Origin: Jimgerdemannia flammicorona
Taxonomy: Eukaryota
Direction: 5' to 3'
Length of the DNA stretch: 64,000 nt
Assembly (NCBI GenBank): GCA_003990765.1
Contig: RBNJ01000004.1
Coordinates: 1-64,000, forward strand
In this document: piece by piece, positions 61,701 through 64,000 of the stretch
Layout of the letters: the number at the start of each line of letters is the position of its first letter
Numbering within the stretch: position 1 is the stretch's first letter
Program-made: the position numbers and the translations under genes
Notes under the pieces: model-generated
Told to the model about the DNA's origin: nothing
Seen by the model: the letters and a program-made list of their open reading frames with translations, nothing else
Database searches by the model: none

Positions 61701-64000
61701 AGCTCACAATGCACAAGAAGAAACCTGAGAATTTAGGTGAAGAATCTAAAGACCAGCACAAGATATCAGCCTATATCTCATATCAGATTGAAGATTATAT
61801 CTTTGATACTATCATTGATACTAATGCTGGAGAATACCTCATGAGCAAGAAGACAATTGACTACCTAAGCTGGAACATTGAAGAGTCCACCAAAATGGTC
61901 TATATTACAGAAGATAGTATATAAGCTACCCTTCTAGACAAGATCCAAGAAGTCTCCATCAAGATAGAAAGAGCTACCATTCTAGTAGATGTAATTGTTA
62001 TAAGTACCACTAACTATAATATCCTCATTAGCAACTATTGGCTTCATAAGACTAAGGCTGTTATTGACCTCAATGCTTAGAAGATACAGATCAACTATAG
62101 AGAAAGAAAGATATGAGTCTCTATCAAGACATAGAGAAAGGAGATAAAGAGGACACAGAAGTCTTTATACACTCAATATATAAGAACAAAAACAAGATAC
62201 CCAAGCTCACAGATGAGTAGTAGTATAATAAGATCATCAATAACTATACTCCTTAAGGTCAATACTCTCATGGTATCAGGATTTACTACTTTGAATACCT
62301 GAATAACTGCTGGTTCTATATTAGTGAAGTCAGAAAACTCTATTAACAAAAGCATAAGTAAGAAGCTACTGAAGCAAAAAGGAAAGCCAAAGAAGATGAT
62401 CAGCCCCCAGAGCTTTAAGCTAATAGTGATGATGAGGAGGAATAAGAACCAGACATCACTCTCAAGGTTAAGAAGTTTTATTCTGAAGCCAAGATCCCAG
62501 AATACAAGACTAAAGGAGTTATAAGAATAGATCTTACCAGTATTCAAGATACTATTCTTGAACTACAAACCATCACCTACTTGGCACTAGAATTGGAGTC
62601 AAGTTACCAGAAAACCATACCAGAATTATCAAAATCAAGAGCAGTCTGGCCAAAAGTAAAATCTCAGTTGAAGGAGGAGTAATTGACCCTAATTACACTG
62701 GTAAAATCTTCCTCATAGTCAGGAATTACAACTTCACCACTCTATTCAAAGTCAAGAAGTATAACAGAATTGACCAGATGCTGATCCATGAAGTCAAGAA
62801 GCCTAAGATCACTAAAGCCATCAAACTCATCAAGACCAAGAGAGGAGAACAAGACTTTGAATCTACTAGAAGAGGAGCCTATACTGCTACTAAGATTACT
62901 GAACTCAAGCACAAGAAAGACAAGGACCAGAATAAATACATATATACCATTGGAGAAAACTTTCCCCTAGAAAAACAACTTCTTAAGATTCTGTATCAGA
63001 ATAAAGAAGTACTTGTTACAGACTTCAGGAATATCCACAATTAAGAATCCAAGTACTATCATGAAGTTGATACTAATGATACTAAGTCCATCTACCAGAA
63101 AGCCAGACCTATACCACCTGCCTACAGAGAATGACTGCAAGCAGAACTCAAGGAAATAGAAAAAGTTAGTATTGTTAAACAAGCTATTAGCCCCTGGGCT
63201 TTATTCATTATCCTCACTTCAAAGAAAGAAAGTAGTCTGGAGAGTTTGCTTCAAGACTCTGTATTGATTATAGGAAGCTTAATATAATTACCAAGAAGAA
63301 TAGGCAGCTCTTGCCAAATATTTAAGAAATTCTTACCACTCTTGGAAGTGAAGCCAAATACTATACCATCTTGGATCTGTTCTCAGGCTTCTATCAGATT
63401 GGTCTCACTCAAGAGGCCATTGAGAAATTAGCCTTCATCATATCTAATACTACCTATGTCTACCTGTGAATGTCATTTAGAATGTACAATATCCCAGTAA
63501 GTTTTTAGTAAATAATGAACAGAGTTTTTAGTAATGAGATTGGAAAATAGCTCTTTATCTATATTGATGATATGATCATCTTCAGTAATATTATATGAGA
63601 ATATATCAACTATATATAGCTAACTCTCAAGATGCTCAAGGAGTATGACCTCTATATTAAGCCCAAGAAGGGTAAGTTTATAGCTCAGGAAATCACCTAC
63701 CTAGGACATATTATAAACCAGACCAGAATTTATATAGACTCTATGAAGATTGAGACTGTTGCAGCCTATCTAAGATTCAGAACAACTACAGAAGTCCATA
63801 TCTTCCTTGGACTGACCTCCTACTATAGAAGATTCATTAAAGAATACTCTAACATTACAGTATCTATCTACAAGCTACTGAAGAAGGAGACCAAATTTGA
63901 ATAGACCAAGGAATATTAAGAAACCTTCAATAAACTCAAGACTAGATTGATCTAAGCATCTATCCTCAGAAGACCAGATTGAAACCTAGAGTTCATCTAG
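58760..64000 (+). mobile_element. Ty3/Gypsy element A2: 5' LTR 58760-60267, PBS, gag-protease-CPHG module-dUTPase-RT; runs off the window
   Basis: Collinear with A1 but more mutated. Full dUTPase at about 62455-62870 (GGVIDPNYTGKI, RGEQDFEST) and RT YIDD at about 63560. Confidence 0.9.

Overview
Eukaryotic DNA, very probably fungal. A U12 AT-AC intron and the TE repertoire point to a non-Dikarya fungus such as Mucoromycota (inference). Bases 1-1813 are the left part of an intact-looking hAT DNA transposon. Bases 3.1-5.1 kb are a small gene island: a six-exon prefoldin subunit 5 gene (minus strand) whose third intron is a textbook minor-spliceosome AT-AC intron, head-to-head with an intronless Pro/His-rich orphan ORF. 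From about 6 kb to the end is a deeply nested TE cluster riddled with C>T/G>A transitions. It holds several Ty3/Gypsy LTR retrotransposons (my labels A1, A2, B1, B2, C, D, E, F), LINEs, hAT MITEs and a foldback element, and the insertion order can be read from target-site duplications. Most notable: (1) three LTR families carry a homologous non-gag/pol accessory ORF, inside U3 of the LTR in families A and B and just after integrase in family C; (2) the families carry a dUTPase and an adjacent CPHG...CxxC module in two different polyprotein orders; (3) the U12 intron; (4) RIP-like hypermutation in a lineage that apparently keeps the minor spliceosome.
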